DNA of 64,000 bases, from assembly GCA_000165345.1 (NCBI GenBank), contig CM000431.1, forward strand, positions 864,001-928,000. Direction: 5' to 3'. Every line of letters starts with the position of its first letter. Within the stretch, counting starts at the first letter, position 1. Both the position numbers and the translations under genes were made by a program. The notes under the pieces are model-generated. The model was not told the DNA's origin and did not search any database. It saw only the letters and a list, made by a program, of their open reading frames with translations. Shown piece after piece: positions 42,039-55,483 of this stretch.

Positions 42039-42790
42039 TGGAAGTTGGTTGAAATTGAAATAAGTCCCAATTGTTAAAAGTTATTTTTTATTTATTAATA
42101 TTTTTTTATTAGACTTTTATGTTATAAGAATTTTTCCATTTTTTTATTTAATTTTATTATTGCATTAATTATTTTCCTTATTTCTAATTTATACAAAATA
42201 TTTTGTAATTTGCACTAACATGTAATTAAATGACGTGTAGTTCCCGCCGTTTTATTCAAGTCAATAAAAATAAATTAGACAAAAATAATAATGTAAATGA
42301 AAAGAGTAAAATAATTAAATATAAATTATAATTTTTTTTTCAAAAAGAAGGAAACGAATAATTTATTAGATGAAGAAGTTTAGAAATCAGGTTATTTTTG
42401 GTTAAATTTAATATTAATTAATTTTAAAGAAAGAAAGTTAAATTTGAAAAGTATTTATTTATTAAAGCAAAAATTTGAATTAGTTTAATTAATGGAATTA
42501 AGGAAAAATATTCGTGATATATATATTTAAGTTAATGGGTTTTTTAATAAGAAGCAAGATCCTATTGTATTTGACCAATTAATTGAATTGAAAAAAAAAG
42601 TGGTTATGAATAGAAAGTGGGGAAGAAATAGTTATTAATTGGAATTTAAGAGTTTGTGAAATATATAAATATTAAAAGAAAGACGTAATTTTTAAAGAAA
42701 TTAACATTTTTAAGCTGTGAAACATATTTTTATTTTCATTTCTTCTTCACTACTAATTCTAAACCATTAACTTTTTTTTTCAACGAAAAG

Positions 42791-45700
42791 ATGAATATAA
42801 ATAAAGAATTAATTAGAGAATTAAAGTTGGAAGATATTCCAATTAACTTAATACTTGATGCAACTTGTAAATCTCCTCCTGGAATAAAAAATAAGTTGAA
42901 TTCAAGAAGAAATGATTTAAATGGCTTTGATGAGAATTCTTCTATGGACGAACCAGGATTAAGAATAATGACAGAAGGAGGGATTTCAAGAGAAAGCTAT
43001 TATTACAAAGATCAAAGTATAATAGAAAATATTTCAAAAATTGGTAATTTAAAAGAAAGTAAGAAAATCTATGAATCTAGTGTTAATAATGAATCAAATT
43101 CAGAAATATATTCGAAAATTAAAAAATCTACAACTAATTATGAATCTAAAAAGAACAGAAATATTCCAAGATTACATCTTCCAATCAAGACTTTGAATAA
43201 TGATATTAAGGAAGAACAATTATCAAGACAAGATAAATCCTCTGATAATAATGATTTTATAAATGATGATTCTTGTCATAATTCAAAGTATGATGTTTTT
43301 AATAATAATAGAAAAGTTAATTTATCAGAAAACGAATTGGAAATTGGTTATTCTCCTTTACATTCAAATAATTTGTCCATGTATTTAAATAATTACTATT
43401 CTAACCGAGATGATACCAAATTTGATAAAGAAGTTAATCATTTACAAGAAAAGTTACCAAATACTTTGAATACTTTTGAAATTTCAGATAATAGTAGCAA
43501 ATTCAAAGATCATCAATTAAAATCTATTTTTGAAAATTATAATTACTCTAAATCTGATCCATCGGAGACAAATTTTGAATTAAACCATATAAATAGAACA
43601 TTAAGTGAAACAAGTTCTAGTTTACAAACAAAACATTATCAAGAATATAAATATGATTCAATTAAGAAATTTGATTATAATGAAGAAAAATCTAATATTA
43701 CCAATTCAATATTAAACCGTGAAAAAGACAAAGACAAAGACAAAGACAAAGACAAAGATAAAGATAAAGAAAGTGATAAAAATCTAAGTAACCGTTTAGA
43801 TAGATTGATTCCTGTTTCAAAGTTATTAAAACACGAAGATAGTGAAATAAAATTGAAGGAAATAACTAATAGAGAGAAATATTCTAATATATTTAAAAAT
43901 GATGATGAGTTTACAAGCATCTTTCAGAAATGTTGGGATGATGCAGGAAACGAATTAAGAAATAGAAATGAGAATCATTTAAATGAAGGTAATACAGAAG
44001 AATCTGATAAAGATTTATATTTGAATCATGTTCCATTTCAATCTGACTTAATTATGGTTAATTCAAAAAGAAAGATTAAGACTACAATACCAATAGAAGC
44101 TATGAATAATAGTAATAATAAAGTTCTTGCTTATAATAGTAGTTATTATTCTGATTCAATTAATCCAATGGGTTTATTGAAGTATGTTAAGAAACAAAAT
44201 CAAAAAGATGAATTATATGTAAATATGAATAATAAAATAAACCAACAAACAGATAGAGGAACTTATGTATTATTGGCAGAAGATATGAGTACAAGAGCAT
44301 CAACTTTTAATAATTTGGCAAGTTTTGGAGTTAATAGTAATATTGCACTAGAAACTCATAGTAGTGGTGGTAATCATAATGATTCAAACTTAAATTATAA
44401 TATAATAGAAAAAGCTAAGAATAATAAGGAAGATTTTGATGATTTAACGGAATTAGATTATAAAGAGGATATTATATCAGTTGATAAAGTCAGTCATTCT
44501 ATTGTTAATGGCGATTATTATAGACAAGAAATTAAATCATATGAAGGTAAAAATAGGTTAATAAATGAGACAGAGTTACATCGGATTAATAATTCAGATT
44601 TGGAATCAAATCTTGATCTTGAATCTGGTAGTAATACTAATAATAACAGAATTATTACTTATAATAAAGATGATGACATTAAGAGTATTGTTGAAAATTT
44701 TTTGAAGATTGAAAAAAATAATGAAAGTAAATATAAGAATAAGAAGATGGTTAGGTTATATAAAGATGATCCAAAAGTATCTATTCAGAAATTGAGAGAT
44801 AATTTAAAGAATATTGAAAATAAAAGATTAGGGAATATTTCAAATAATTTACTATCAGAAGAAAATATCCATAAGAGTATATATGAAGAATTTAACGAGG
44901 TTAGAAATAAATTACCAAAGAATAAAGAATTTATTATAGATATGGTTGATGAAAACAAATATGATTATGGATTTAGTTTTGAAGTATTTAAAAAAGATGA
45001 TAATATGAAAATTACTGATATGGGAATGAAGATACAAGAATTTTACGCTCCAATAACATCTTCTTTAGATTCTAAAAAAAGAGAAAAAGTAGAAGGTTTA
45101 GATAAAAGTCATTTTATTAATATTCCGAATATTGAGATTGAGGAAATTAGTGTGAGTGATCAGAATGAAGTAAATGGCAGTTTGAATGTACATGAGCTAA
45201 AAATGGTGGAGAATATTCAGGAGGTTTTTAAAGATGAAAAAGTTAAAGGAAAAGGAAAAGGAAGAATGAAAGAGGAGGAGGAGGAGGAGGAGGAGGAGGA
45301 GGAAGAGGAAGGGGAAGAGGAAGAGGAAAAGGAAGAGGAGGAAGAAGAGGAAGAAGAAGGAAAAGAAAAAGAAGGAGATGATGAAGAAGATGATGGAGAA
45401 AAGGGGGAAACAGAAGAGGATATAGATTTTGTTGAAGGAAAAGAAGGATATTTTAATACAAGTACAAGATATTATAACAGCTTGGGACTAACTGAAGATT
45501 TTCTACTGGTTTTCATGAACTTTAGTTTAGTAAGGATACTATCATCAAATTCTTATGGGAATACATTTAAAGAAATGAAGGAATTGAAATTATTGGAAAG
45601 AGCAAAAGAAGATAGAAAAAATATTAATAGGAATTGGAAACAAACAATAATGAATTATGAGAAATTGGGAATGTTTGCAGAAAAGAGAAATTTAATATTA

Positions 45701-47434
45701 GTTTTTGCTATTTTAGTAAACATTATATTAATTTCAATGGCAAATATAATTATTCCAATAGTTTATAGTATTAAAAATACACTATTTCCAATATTAACAG
45801 TAAATGCAGTTATTAACTTTCTTATATTTTACTTAATTAATGGTACTTTAATTTACATATTCACTAGAAAGATGAACAGTTTTAACAAATCAATTTTGAA
45901 TGACTATTTATTACTTTTACAGAGAATTAATCAAATGAGAAAAGAAAGGAGAAAGTTGGAGTATGAAGAAGTGGAAGAGGAGGAAGAAGAAGAGGAGGAA
46001 GAAGAAGAGGAAAAAGAAAAAGAAGAGGGGGAAGAAGTCTATAACTACGATATTAATCACAAGGGAATAAAAGACAGTAGTGAGATAGAGGAATTGGAAA
46101 AGAGAGAAATAGAAGAAGATATAATGGAATATATTTATAGTGAACTATTGTATTGTTATATTCAAACTATGCAAGATTTGAATACTGAAAGTAATAAAAA
46201 ATATAAAAAGTCAATGTGGTTATTTTTTGGAATTGGAATCGTTCAAATGACTTTATCACTATTTTTGGATACATTTGTAATTAATAAATTTAACTTTAAT
46301 GGATCATTTGTGAATATTTTTAATGTTATAAATTTGCTAATATCAGCAACACTAAATTTAATATATATAAGTAAAAAGATTGGAAGATGGGATCTTTTGG
46401 ATATATTTAATAAGAATTTACTTATAATTATGGATGGAGTAATTCAAGAAAATCAATTAAAGTTTTTAACTTATTCTTCTAGTATTGTTGAACATATTTT
46501 ATATTGGAATTATATATTTAATCATAGTAATGATAATAATGTCAATTGGAGAAACTTTGTTTCAAATATATCATTATTAGAAATGGACCAACATAAATTA
46601 CAAAATATTAAAAATAATAAGAATAAAAATATTAATGTATTATGCAGAATACATTTAGATATTAATAAAATACTAAAAACTCCCAACTCTAATAATAATA
46701 TTAATGAATTATGGCCATTCTTTTATCTACATTATAATTATATTCAAAAAAAATTAATAATATCATCTCATAATTTAATTTTATACAAACAAGAGAATAA
46801 AGTTCATCAAAAAAATAATCATTTAATGTCAATTCCTGTTAATTTAATTTCCATTGAATCTATTCAATCTTCAGTTTTTCCATGGGCATTTATATATAAT
46901 AATAGTGGAAAAATGATAGAGAAAGATAATCATTTAGTTACTAATATTAATATGGAAAATAATAATTTAAATTTCAAAAATCAAATTCAGCAATATATTG
47001 AAATATTAGAGAATTTCATTTTCTCATCAGAAAATCAAAGTCTTACAATCAATTCATTACTAGAATTTACTGACACTTTTAAAAAGAAATATCAAACAAA
47101 TAATTTTCAAATGTCTAAAGAATTTCAAAATAAATTAAGTCAAATTTTTTATAATTATAATTTTATTTCATTATACGATAATAATAATTCAGGCGCCAAA
47201 ACACATTATAAGGAGGAGTCAGACAACTGGCGCCTGGATGAAAGTTTGGAAATAATTAAGTTAAAGGATGATCCATTATATATTTTAAATTGCACAATAC
47301 CAATAGAATATTTACTAAATATGGATATAAATATCAGCTTTGAAGATTTAGTTGCAAAAGATGAAGTTATGAAGTTACAAATTGCCTGTTTTTCTTTTGC
47401 TGACCTATTGAGTATATATACAGCTATTAGTTAG
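42791..47434 (+). CDS. large hypothetical protein (1547 aa) with Asn/Lys-rich low complexity, (DK)n and poly-Glu tracts, and a central cluster of predicted TM helices
   Basis: Uninterrupted ORF with an ATG at 42791. TM segments LILVFAILVNIILISMANIIIPIVYSI, LFPILTVNAVINFLIFYLINGTLIYIF, LFFGIGIVQMTLSLFLDTFVI and INLLISATLNLIYI are flanked by acidic EEEE tracts. No recognisable domain. Confidence 0.55.
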   Translation: MNINKELIRELKLEDIPINLILDATCKSPPGIKNKLNSRRNDLNGFDENSSMDEPGLRIMTEGGISRESYYYKDQSIIENISKIGNLKESKKIYESSVNNESNSEIYSKIKKSTTNYESKKNRNIPRLHLPIKTLNNDIKEEQLSRQDKSSDNNDFINDDSCHNSKYDVFNNNRKVNLSENELEIGYSPLHSNNLSMYLNNYYSNRDDTKFDKEVNHLQEKLPNTLNTFEISDNSSKFKDHQLKSIFENYNYSKSDPSETNFELNHINRTLSETSSSLQTKHYQEYKYDSIKKFDYNEEKSNITNSILNREKDKDKDKDKDKDKDKESDKNLSNRLDRLIPVSKLLKHEDSEIKLKEITNREKYSNIFKNDDEFTSIFQKCWDDAGNELRNRNENHLNEGNTEESDKDLYLNHVPFQSDLIMVNSKRKIKTTIPIEAMNNSNNKVLAYNSSYYSDSINPMGLLKYVKKQNQKDELYVNMNNKINQQTDRGTYVLLAEDMSTRASTFNNLASFGVNSNIALETHSSGGNHNDSNLNYNIIEKAKNNKEDFDDLTELDYKEDIISVDKVSHSIVNGDYYRQEIKSYEGKNRLINETELHRINNSDLESNLDLESGSNTNNNRIITYNKDDDIKSIVENFLKIEKNNESKYKNKKMVRLYKDDPKVSIQKLRDNLKNIENKRLGNISNNLLSEENIHKSIYEEFNEVRNKLPKNKEFIIDMVDENKYDYGFSFEVFKKDDNMKITDMGMKIQEFYAPITSSLDSKKREKVEGLDKSHFINIPNIEIEEISVSDQNEVNGSLNVHELKMVENIQEVFKDEKVKGKGKGRMKEEEEEEEEEEEEEGEEEEEKEEEEEEEEEGKEKEGDDEEDDGEKGETEEDIDFVEGKEGYFNTSTRYYNSLGLTEDFLLVFMNFSLVRILSSNSYGNTFKEMKELKLLERAKEDRKNINRNWKQTIMNYEKLGMFAEKRNLILVFAILVNIILISMANIIIPIVYSIKNTLFPILTVNAVINFLIFYLINGTLIYIFTRKMNSFNKSILNDYLLLLQRINQMRKERRKLEYEEVEEEEEEEEEEEEEKEKEEGEEVYNYDINHKGIKDSSEIEELEKREIEEDIMEYIYSELLYCYIQTMQDLNTESNKKYKKSMWLFFGIGIVQMTLSLFLDTFVINKFNFNGSFVNIFNVINLLISATLNLIYISKKIGRWDLLDIFNKNLLIIMDGVIQENQLKFLTYSSSIVEHILYWNYIFNHSNDNNVNWRNFVSNISLLEMDQHKLQNIKNNKNKNINVLCRIHLDINKILKTPNSNNNINELWPFFYLHYNYIQKKLIISSHNLILYKQENKVHQKNNHLMSIPVNLISIESIQSSVFPWAFIYNNSGKMIEKDNHLVTNINMENNNLNFKNQIQQYIEILENFIFSSENQSLTINSLLEFTDTFKKKYQTNNFQMSKEFQNKLSQIFYNYNFISLYDNNNSGAKTHYKEESDNWRLDESLEIIKLKDDPLYILNCTIPIEYLLNMDINISFEDLVAKDEVMKLQIACFSFADLLSIYTAIS
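43726..43779. repeat. (GACAAA)n / (GATAAA)n hexanucleotide coding microsatellite encoding (DK)n
   Basis: gacaaagacaaagacaaagacaaagacaaagataaagataaag. It also generates a spurious antisense LSLSLS ORF (43675..43920). Confidence 0.9.
45269..45376. repeat. ~108-bp homopurine (GAG/GAA)n tract encoding poly-Glu
   Basis: A run of only A/G bases (gaggaggaggagg...gaagaagaagg). A second homopurine run of ~64 bp lies at ~45980..46043. Confidence 0.85.
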
Positions 47435-48081
47435 TTTTTCTAATATAATAATAAAATGCACACAACACACGTAATTAATTGCATGCACACGTAAATGGCT
47501 AAAATGTAATTATTTTAGAGTAAAATGCCAATTTCGTTTTTTTAACGATATATATGAATATATATATATATATCTAAATTAATTGTAAATATGATTTTGA
47601 ACTTTTTTTTTTCTATTTATTTTTTTTAAAGCATGAAAATTGAAAATCTATTGTAACAAATTAGTATGTTTTTGAATTTGTTTTTTATTTTTAGTTTACT
47701 TAGTATATTCGAAAATCGAAGTTATTGTCAATATATCAATTTTTGTGTGTAAATATATATGTACTGTATCTCTGTATAAAAATTAAAAAAATCTATTAAG
47801 AAAATATAAATTAAAGTTAAAAGAAAAATAGTATGCCAAGAAATGTTGTAATTGATAAAATAAAGTATTAAAATTAGGAAGAAGAGAAAATTCTGCTAAT
47901 GAAGAAAAGTCAGTATTTATAGTTTAAAAGTAATATATTAAAGTAATAATATTTAAGATAATTTTAAATTGGGATTAAAAAATAATAATAAAACAATAAC
48001 AAAAAAACTGAAAATAAAGATATAAAGTAATTATTATTTTTTTTCTGTTTAAATAAATTATAAAAAAAAAAAGTAAAGAAA

Positions 48082-49554
48082 ATGAGCAGAAAACATTCTA
48101 TTTTAAATAATACCAAAATTATTATGAACTTATTTTCATTCTTGGAAATCTCGGATTTAGTTAAAATGAGGAATTTGAATTCCTGTTGTAAACTAATTAG
48201 TGACCACTATATTAAAATGTCTATTCATAGAGATAAGTCAAAATATAAAAATATTGAGATTGAGAATAATGATGAAAGTAATAGTAGTAATAATAATAAT
48301 ATGAACAATATTGCCAATTATTTTTGTCCAAGTAAAATTAATAATAATAATAACATTTCGCAATTAAGAATGAAATTTCTTCAACTTTGGAATATTTATT
48401 CAAACAAAAATTTAATAGAAAAAGTCAATTACTATGATTATAACTTGTGTTTTATAATAAAGATATTAATATATTTAATTTCAAATGTAAAAGATGGACT
48501 TGATTTAAGTTTGATTTTTGCAACAAATAATTTTTATTTACAACAAATTTATGGATACGGATTAGATGATTCAAATTCTTTATCTTCTAATATTAATAAT
48601 CACTCAAAAAATAGCCATATTTTTAATATAGAGCGTGATTTAGATATAGATATTGAACAAGATGAATATATAGATTTTCAAAGTAATTCTTCAACTATTG
48701 GTTTGAATCATAATCACGAAAGTATTCCAATATATATTCAAGAATTTTTTAGAAATGAGGGAATCTGGAAGGTAATTGCAAAACTTTCTGGTTATAATCT
48801 CTCAAACGCCGAATTATCAAGTGAATCCAATGGAATCTTTGAATATTATCTTTGGCCAGAAAAAATGGAAGATCCTAAATACTCTATCATTGATCAAAAT
48901 ATTATTGAAAATATATTTTCAACAATATTAAAAATGAAAACGTTGGATCCAAATATACGTAAACAAGTTACTATTCTTATGAATAAAAATTTGAAAGCTG
49001 AATTAACATTTTATAGTAATACTGGCAATATAATAAATAGATCCAATATTAATATTGTTAAAGATCAATTCAACCCAAGTTATTATAGTAGTATCGACAA
49101 TAATAATAATAATAATCATCATCATCATCATCATCATCATAACTGTAATACTGATTTTCAAAGAGATAATTCCCATAATATTAATAGTAATTACCCATCA
49201 GAAATGATTTATTCTTTATTACAGCCTTGTACATTTATTAATTCTCAATTATCTTCCATTATTCTACTTTGGATTATCAACTTTTTGAAACTACAAAAAC
49301 AACTTCCATGTTTAAAACAAATCCCAAAAAATGATAAATTTTTGTTTAATGCCAATAACAATAACAATAATAAATATCGTCTTCAGCATAGAAATCATCA
49401 ATTTCTTCATAATCATAACTATAATTACAATAAAATTCCATTGAATTCAAAATTTTCTTCCACATCTAGATTCTCTAAATTAAATAATATTAATAATCAA
49501 AATCAAAGGTCAAATCCAAAGTCAAAACCAAAGCCAAAGTCAAAACCAAAATAA
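48082..49554 (+). CDS. hypothetical Asn-rich protein with possible F-box-like N-terminus, a His8 run and a C-terminal (KPKS) repeat, 490 aa
   Basis: The N-terminus LFSFLEISDLVKMRNLNSCCKLISDHY loosely resembles an F-box. It contains NNNNNHHHHHHHH, encoded by (AAT)5(CAT)8 at 49100..49140. The tail is SNPKSKPKPKSKPK. Confidence 0.45.
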   Translation: MSRKHSILNNTKIIMNLFSFLEISDLVKMRNLNSCCKLISDHYIKMSIHRDKSKYKNIEIENNDESNSSNNNNMNNIANYFCPSKINNNNNISQLRMKFLQLWNIYSNKNLIEKVNYYDYNLCFIIKILIYLISNVKDGLDLSLIFATNNFYLQQIYGYGLDDSNSLSSNINNHSKNSHIFNIERDLDIDIEQDEYIDFQSNSSTIGLNHNHESIPIYIQEFFRNEGIWKVIAKLSGYNLSNAELSSESNGIFEYYLWPEKMEDPKYSIIDQNIIENIFSTILKMKTLDPNIRKQVTILMNKNLKAELTFYSNTGNIINRSNINIVKDQFNPSYYSSIDNNNNNNHHHHHHHHNCNTDFQRDNSHNINSNYPSEMIYSLLQPCTFINSQLSSIILLWIINFLKLQKQLPCLKQIPKNDKFLFNANNNNNNKYRLQHRNHQFLHNHNYNYNKIPLNSKFSSTSRFSKLNNINNQNQRSNPKSKPKPKSKPK

Positions 49555-49770
49555 AAACCAATTTTCAAATAGTAATCTTGGAGATATACCAGAAACCTTT
49601 GGAAAATTGTGTAATATCATTAATTCACAAGAAAATCTTTTGACTGAACTTAAACAAATATTAAATACCATCAAATAAATTAAAAGAATAAATTTAAGAA
49701 ATTAAAAATGGAATCGTTTGGAATATTTGTTGAATTTTATATAATAAAAGTGGGTATCTATTTACCAACT

Positions 49771-52077
<2,307 letters not shown>

Positions 52078-52403
52078 AATATATATTTGCTAGAATAAAA
52101 AAATCATATATATCCTGTTTTCAATTTGTTTTTCTTCAAATAATAATATATTTAGTGTATTTATATACTTATTTATCCTTCCACACAAGATCCAATAATA
52201 TTTGTTCTGTTACTTAGTATTATTATTCCTACTTAATACTTTTTTTCAGCTTCTAAATCTCAAATTCCTCTTTCAAAATACTTTAACATGAATAATTAAT
52301 ATAATAATTTACATTAAAGCCATGCAAATCTATTTGAATAACCATTCAATTCTTTGTTTTTTTTATTCTCATAGGGAAAAAACACAAAAAAAAAATGTAA
52401 TAA

Positions 52404-52413
52404 TTGGCGCCAA
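52404..52413. promoter_or_regulatory. E2F-like palindrome TTGGCGCCAA about 330 bp upstream of the pseudokinase-like gene start
   Basis: A GC island in the AT-rich spacer. It is 5' of the minus gene 49771..52077 and 3' of the minus gene 52427..53842. Confidence 0.4.
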
Positions 52414-52426
52414 ATCCCAGATCAAC

Positions 52427-53842
52427 TTATTTATTTATACCTTTAATTATATATTCTTTTTTTAATAAATTTTTTAATTCATTTTGCAATAGGATAACAT
52501 TCTCCTTCAGTTTTTGTGTTGATTCGGTATACCTCTGCTGAGATTCACTCAAATCTTGATGATATTGCTTAATCCTATTCTCCAAATTATTAATTAAATT
52601 TTGCTGATTGATTATATTATTAAAAATGGAAAAAAATACTTCAACTTTCTTCTCAATAACAACGTATTTATTTCTTTTGAATGTGATTATTTCATAATTT
52701 TCAGATTCAGTTAATTTTCCTATAATTTTTTTGACCAAATTATAAAATTCTATTATTGTTTTATATTTTGTGTCAGTATTCATATTTATTTTTGCCTTCC
52801 ATTCCATACCAAAGCTTTCAACTAAACTCCTCTTAATAAATGACTCAATTTCATAAAGTTCCATGAGTAATTTTCCAAAGAGTTGACGATCCTCAAATAA
52901 TCGAATAAGAAGCGGTGATTCTTCTAAAATTACAAAATTTTTAAAATTTTCATCAGAAACTGAATTTTCTATAGTTGAATCATCAATTAATTCAATAGAA
53001 TACTTGTTTTCTTTTTCATTATCGCTTAATTCAGATTCACTTCCAATTTTTTCTAGATTTCCAATCAACATTTTCAAAGTTGGGAAATTTATTAAATGTT
53101 CCATTATATATTTATCGCTATCAACAAGATCTACGTTAGCTTCCTTAATTAATTCAAGATATAAATTAAATAAAACATCATCCTTTAATAATTCATTAAT
53201 TTCTTCAAATAGTTCTGACGAGAAATGTTTAAGCTTTTTATCATAAAAATTCTGTAATCCATCTGAAATTTTGTCTCTTGGAAAATAATCTGTATTTAGT
53301 CCAACTTTACTATAAGTAATAATATTCTCTAATCCAAAGCTTGATAATTCACTATTAATTAATTCTATATTTTTATCTTTTGTAGTATTTAATTCTTGCA
53401 CTTTCTTCCTAGTATTTTTAATTTTCGAGACTATTTCCCTCTGTTCCTTCTCTAAATGACTTAAACCAAACTTTAAAATATAATTGGCTTCTTTTGCTGC
53501 TTCTGATAAATATAAATTCTTATCTTGATACCGTTTTTTTATATTTAATAATTCATTAATTAGCTTAGATTTATAATTCCCAAAAATTGTCTTCATCTCA
53601 CCCTCTTTTGAGGAAATCAAAAACTCTATAAGTTTATTTAGAAATTTGTAATTCTTTTCATCATCCTTAATATTATTTAAATAAATTTTCACTTCTTCTG
53701 ATAACTGATCATTACTGCCAATGTTACTTTTTACCAATTCATTCAGATCCTTTTCGATATCTTTTAAAAGAATTCCCCAATTCCTTGGAACCAGTTTTTT
53801 ACCAAGTAAAAATTCATTCAAGAAAGAAAATTGGATCTCCAT
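52427..53842 (-). CDS. hypothetical coiled-coil protein, 471 aa
   Basis: ATG at 53842. Lys/Glu/Leu-rich with heptad-like stretches (e.g. the C-terminal ...LENRIKQYHQDLSESQQRYTESTQKLKENVILLQNELKNLLKKEY). No recognisable catalytic domain. Confidence 0.5.
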   Translation of the reverse strand: MEIQFSFLNEFLLGKKLVPRNWGILLKDIEKDLNELVKSNIGSNDQLSEEVKIYLNNIKDDEKNYKFLNKLIEFLISSKEGEMKTIFGNYKSKLINELLNIKKRYQDKNLYLSEAAKEANYILKFGLSHLEKEQREIVSKIKNTRKKVQELNTTKDKNIELINSELSSFGLENIITYSKVGLNTDYFPRDKISDGLQNFYDKKLKHFSSELFEEINELLKDDVLFNLYLELIKEANVDLVDSDKYIMEHLINFPTLKMLIGNLEKIGSESELSDNEKENKYSIELIDDSTIENSVSDENFKNFVILEESPLLIRLFEDRQLFGKLLMELYEIESFIKRSLVESFGMEWKAKINMNTDTKYKTIIEFYNLVKKIIGKLTESENYEIITFKRNKYVVIEKKVEVFFSIFNNIINQQNLINNLENRIKQYHQDLSESQQRYTESTQKLKENVILLQNELKNLLKKEYIIKGINK

Positions 53843-54735
53843 TTTACCTTACTAGGTTCTTATTTTCAAATTTCTATTTTCTCCCCACAATTTATGCTTT
53901 CCAACTATTTCTTCGAGTATTTTCCAGAGGTATTTTATCAATATAAGTATTTTAAAAATTTCCTATATCTGTACTTTTTTTACTCTCCCTTTTTCCAACA
54001 AAACTTTCAAATCAAAAAATGAAAGAAAAAGAAAATAAAACCAAATATTTGTTTTTAGCAATTTGACAATGTGAATTATTATTGCGCCTTATAAATTTAG
54101 CTTCAATTATTAGTAATATTTGATTTGAATCAATATTTTTATACTATTCATTATTATTTCCATCAAAGTTTTGTTCATAAAAATAACTAATTAAATGCCC
54201 TGATTAAATATAATCCTCACTTTTTTACTTCATTTCATTTCAATAATTCATTTTTTTATGTTTATTAATTGGAATATATTTATCTCATTCTTTTCTACTT
54301 AAATAAATCAACTGCGACAAACTTACATATTTAGATAATATTTTTTTATTAATATTTATAACTTTCCCGTCTTTCAATTCAATTTAAATAATAACTTCAA
54401 CTTATACTATTGTTAATCGTTCCATCTTAATTGCATGCACTTGAAAAAATAATTGTCCACATTAAATTATTAAAAAAAAAACACGTAATTGCACAAACTC
54501 CGGTATAGAAGTATTAAAAAAAAATGCAGAAGCATAAATTTCTGCATGCATTATTTTTAAAAATAAAATTATTTATCTAAGTTTATAAATTCCCAGGATA
54601 TGAAAATATATTAATTAAAATAATAAGATATAAATATAACAAATATATTAAAATTTGACTTTCCGTGATCAAGTGTAAGAAAACATGACGAAACAAAGGT
54701 TAAAAAAAGTGAAAAAAATATAAGAAACACGAAAA

Positions 54736-54996
54736 TCATGCTGAATTCTGAGATTTAGAGTATTCCTCAGAAGTATAACACTTCATAGTGACAGAATGGA
54801 TTTCATTATAAACCTCTCCAATGGCTTCGTTAACCAATCTTTGTCTTTCCAAGATTCTTTTACCGACAAAACAGTCTGATACAACAATAACTTTAAACAT
54901 ATACCCACAATTACAATTGCTGACATCTACAACGTCAAGAAGTGTAGGATTCAAAGATTTGGAAATTCTTTCATTGATAGTTTCTTGGATACTCAT
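54736..54996 (-). CDS. BolA-like protein, 86 aa
   Basis: ...LNPTLLDVVDVSNCNCGYMFKVIVVSDCFVGKRILERQRLVNEAI...IHSVTMKCYTSEEY fits the BolA fold pattern (L..V.D.S.....F...VVS..F.G...L.RH..V...L....IHA..i...T..E). Confidence 0.65.
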   Translation of the reverse strand: MSIQETINERISKSLNPTLLDVVDVSNCNCGYMFKVIVVSDCFVGKRILERQRLVNEAIGEVYNEIHSVTMKCYTSEEYSKSQNSA

Positions 54997-55483
54997 TTGC
55001 GATAATTTGAATCAATTCTAAATTAATCAATAAGTTTAAAAATCAAAAATGGTAGTATTGGCGAAAATTTAATCGAATTTTTTGATTTAAAAAAATGGAT
55101 AAAATTTTTCCAACCGAATAATTAAAATTTCTTTTTATTATTAAAATATCAAATTAAAAAAAAATTTATTTAAAAAAAAAATCCCTGCAGAAATAATTAT
55201 TGTCAAGACAAATCATGCGCCTGAATTTTGGTTTTTAATAAAAATTTAAAAAAAAAATATTAATAAATTAAAGAAAAAAGTTATGAAACAAAGCTTATAG
55301 ATGTACTAACTCACATATATATATTAAGCATTTATATATATATTTATATATATCTGTAAATTAATATTATATATAAGCATATATTTTACCTATTTCAGTT
55401 AAGTTTTATAAAAAGAAAAAAAAAGAAATCCATTCTGGAGAGTGAAATTAATAATTACAAACAAAACACATCATTTTGGAAAA

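Noticed and set aside
43675-43920. Antisense ORF encoding LSLSLSLSLSLS
   Set aside because: It is a reverse-complement reading of the (GACAAA)n coding microsatellite within the 1547-aa gene.
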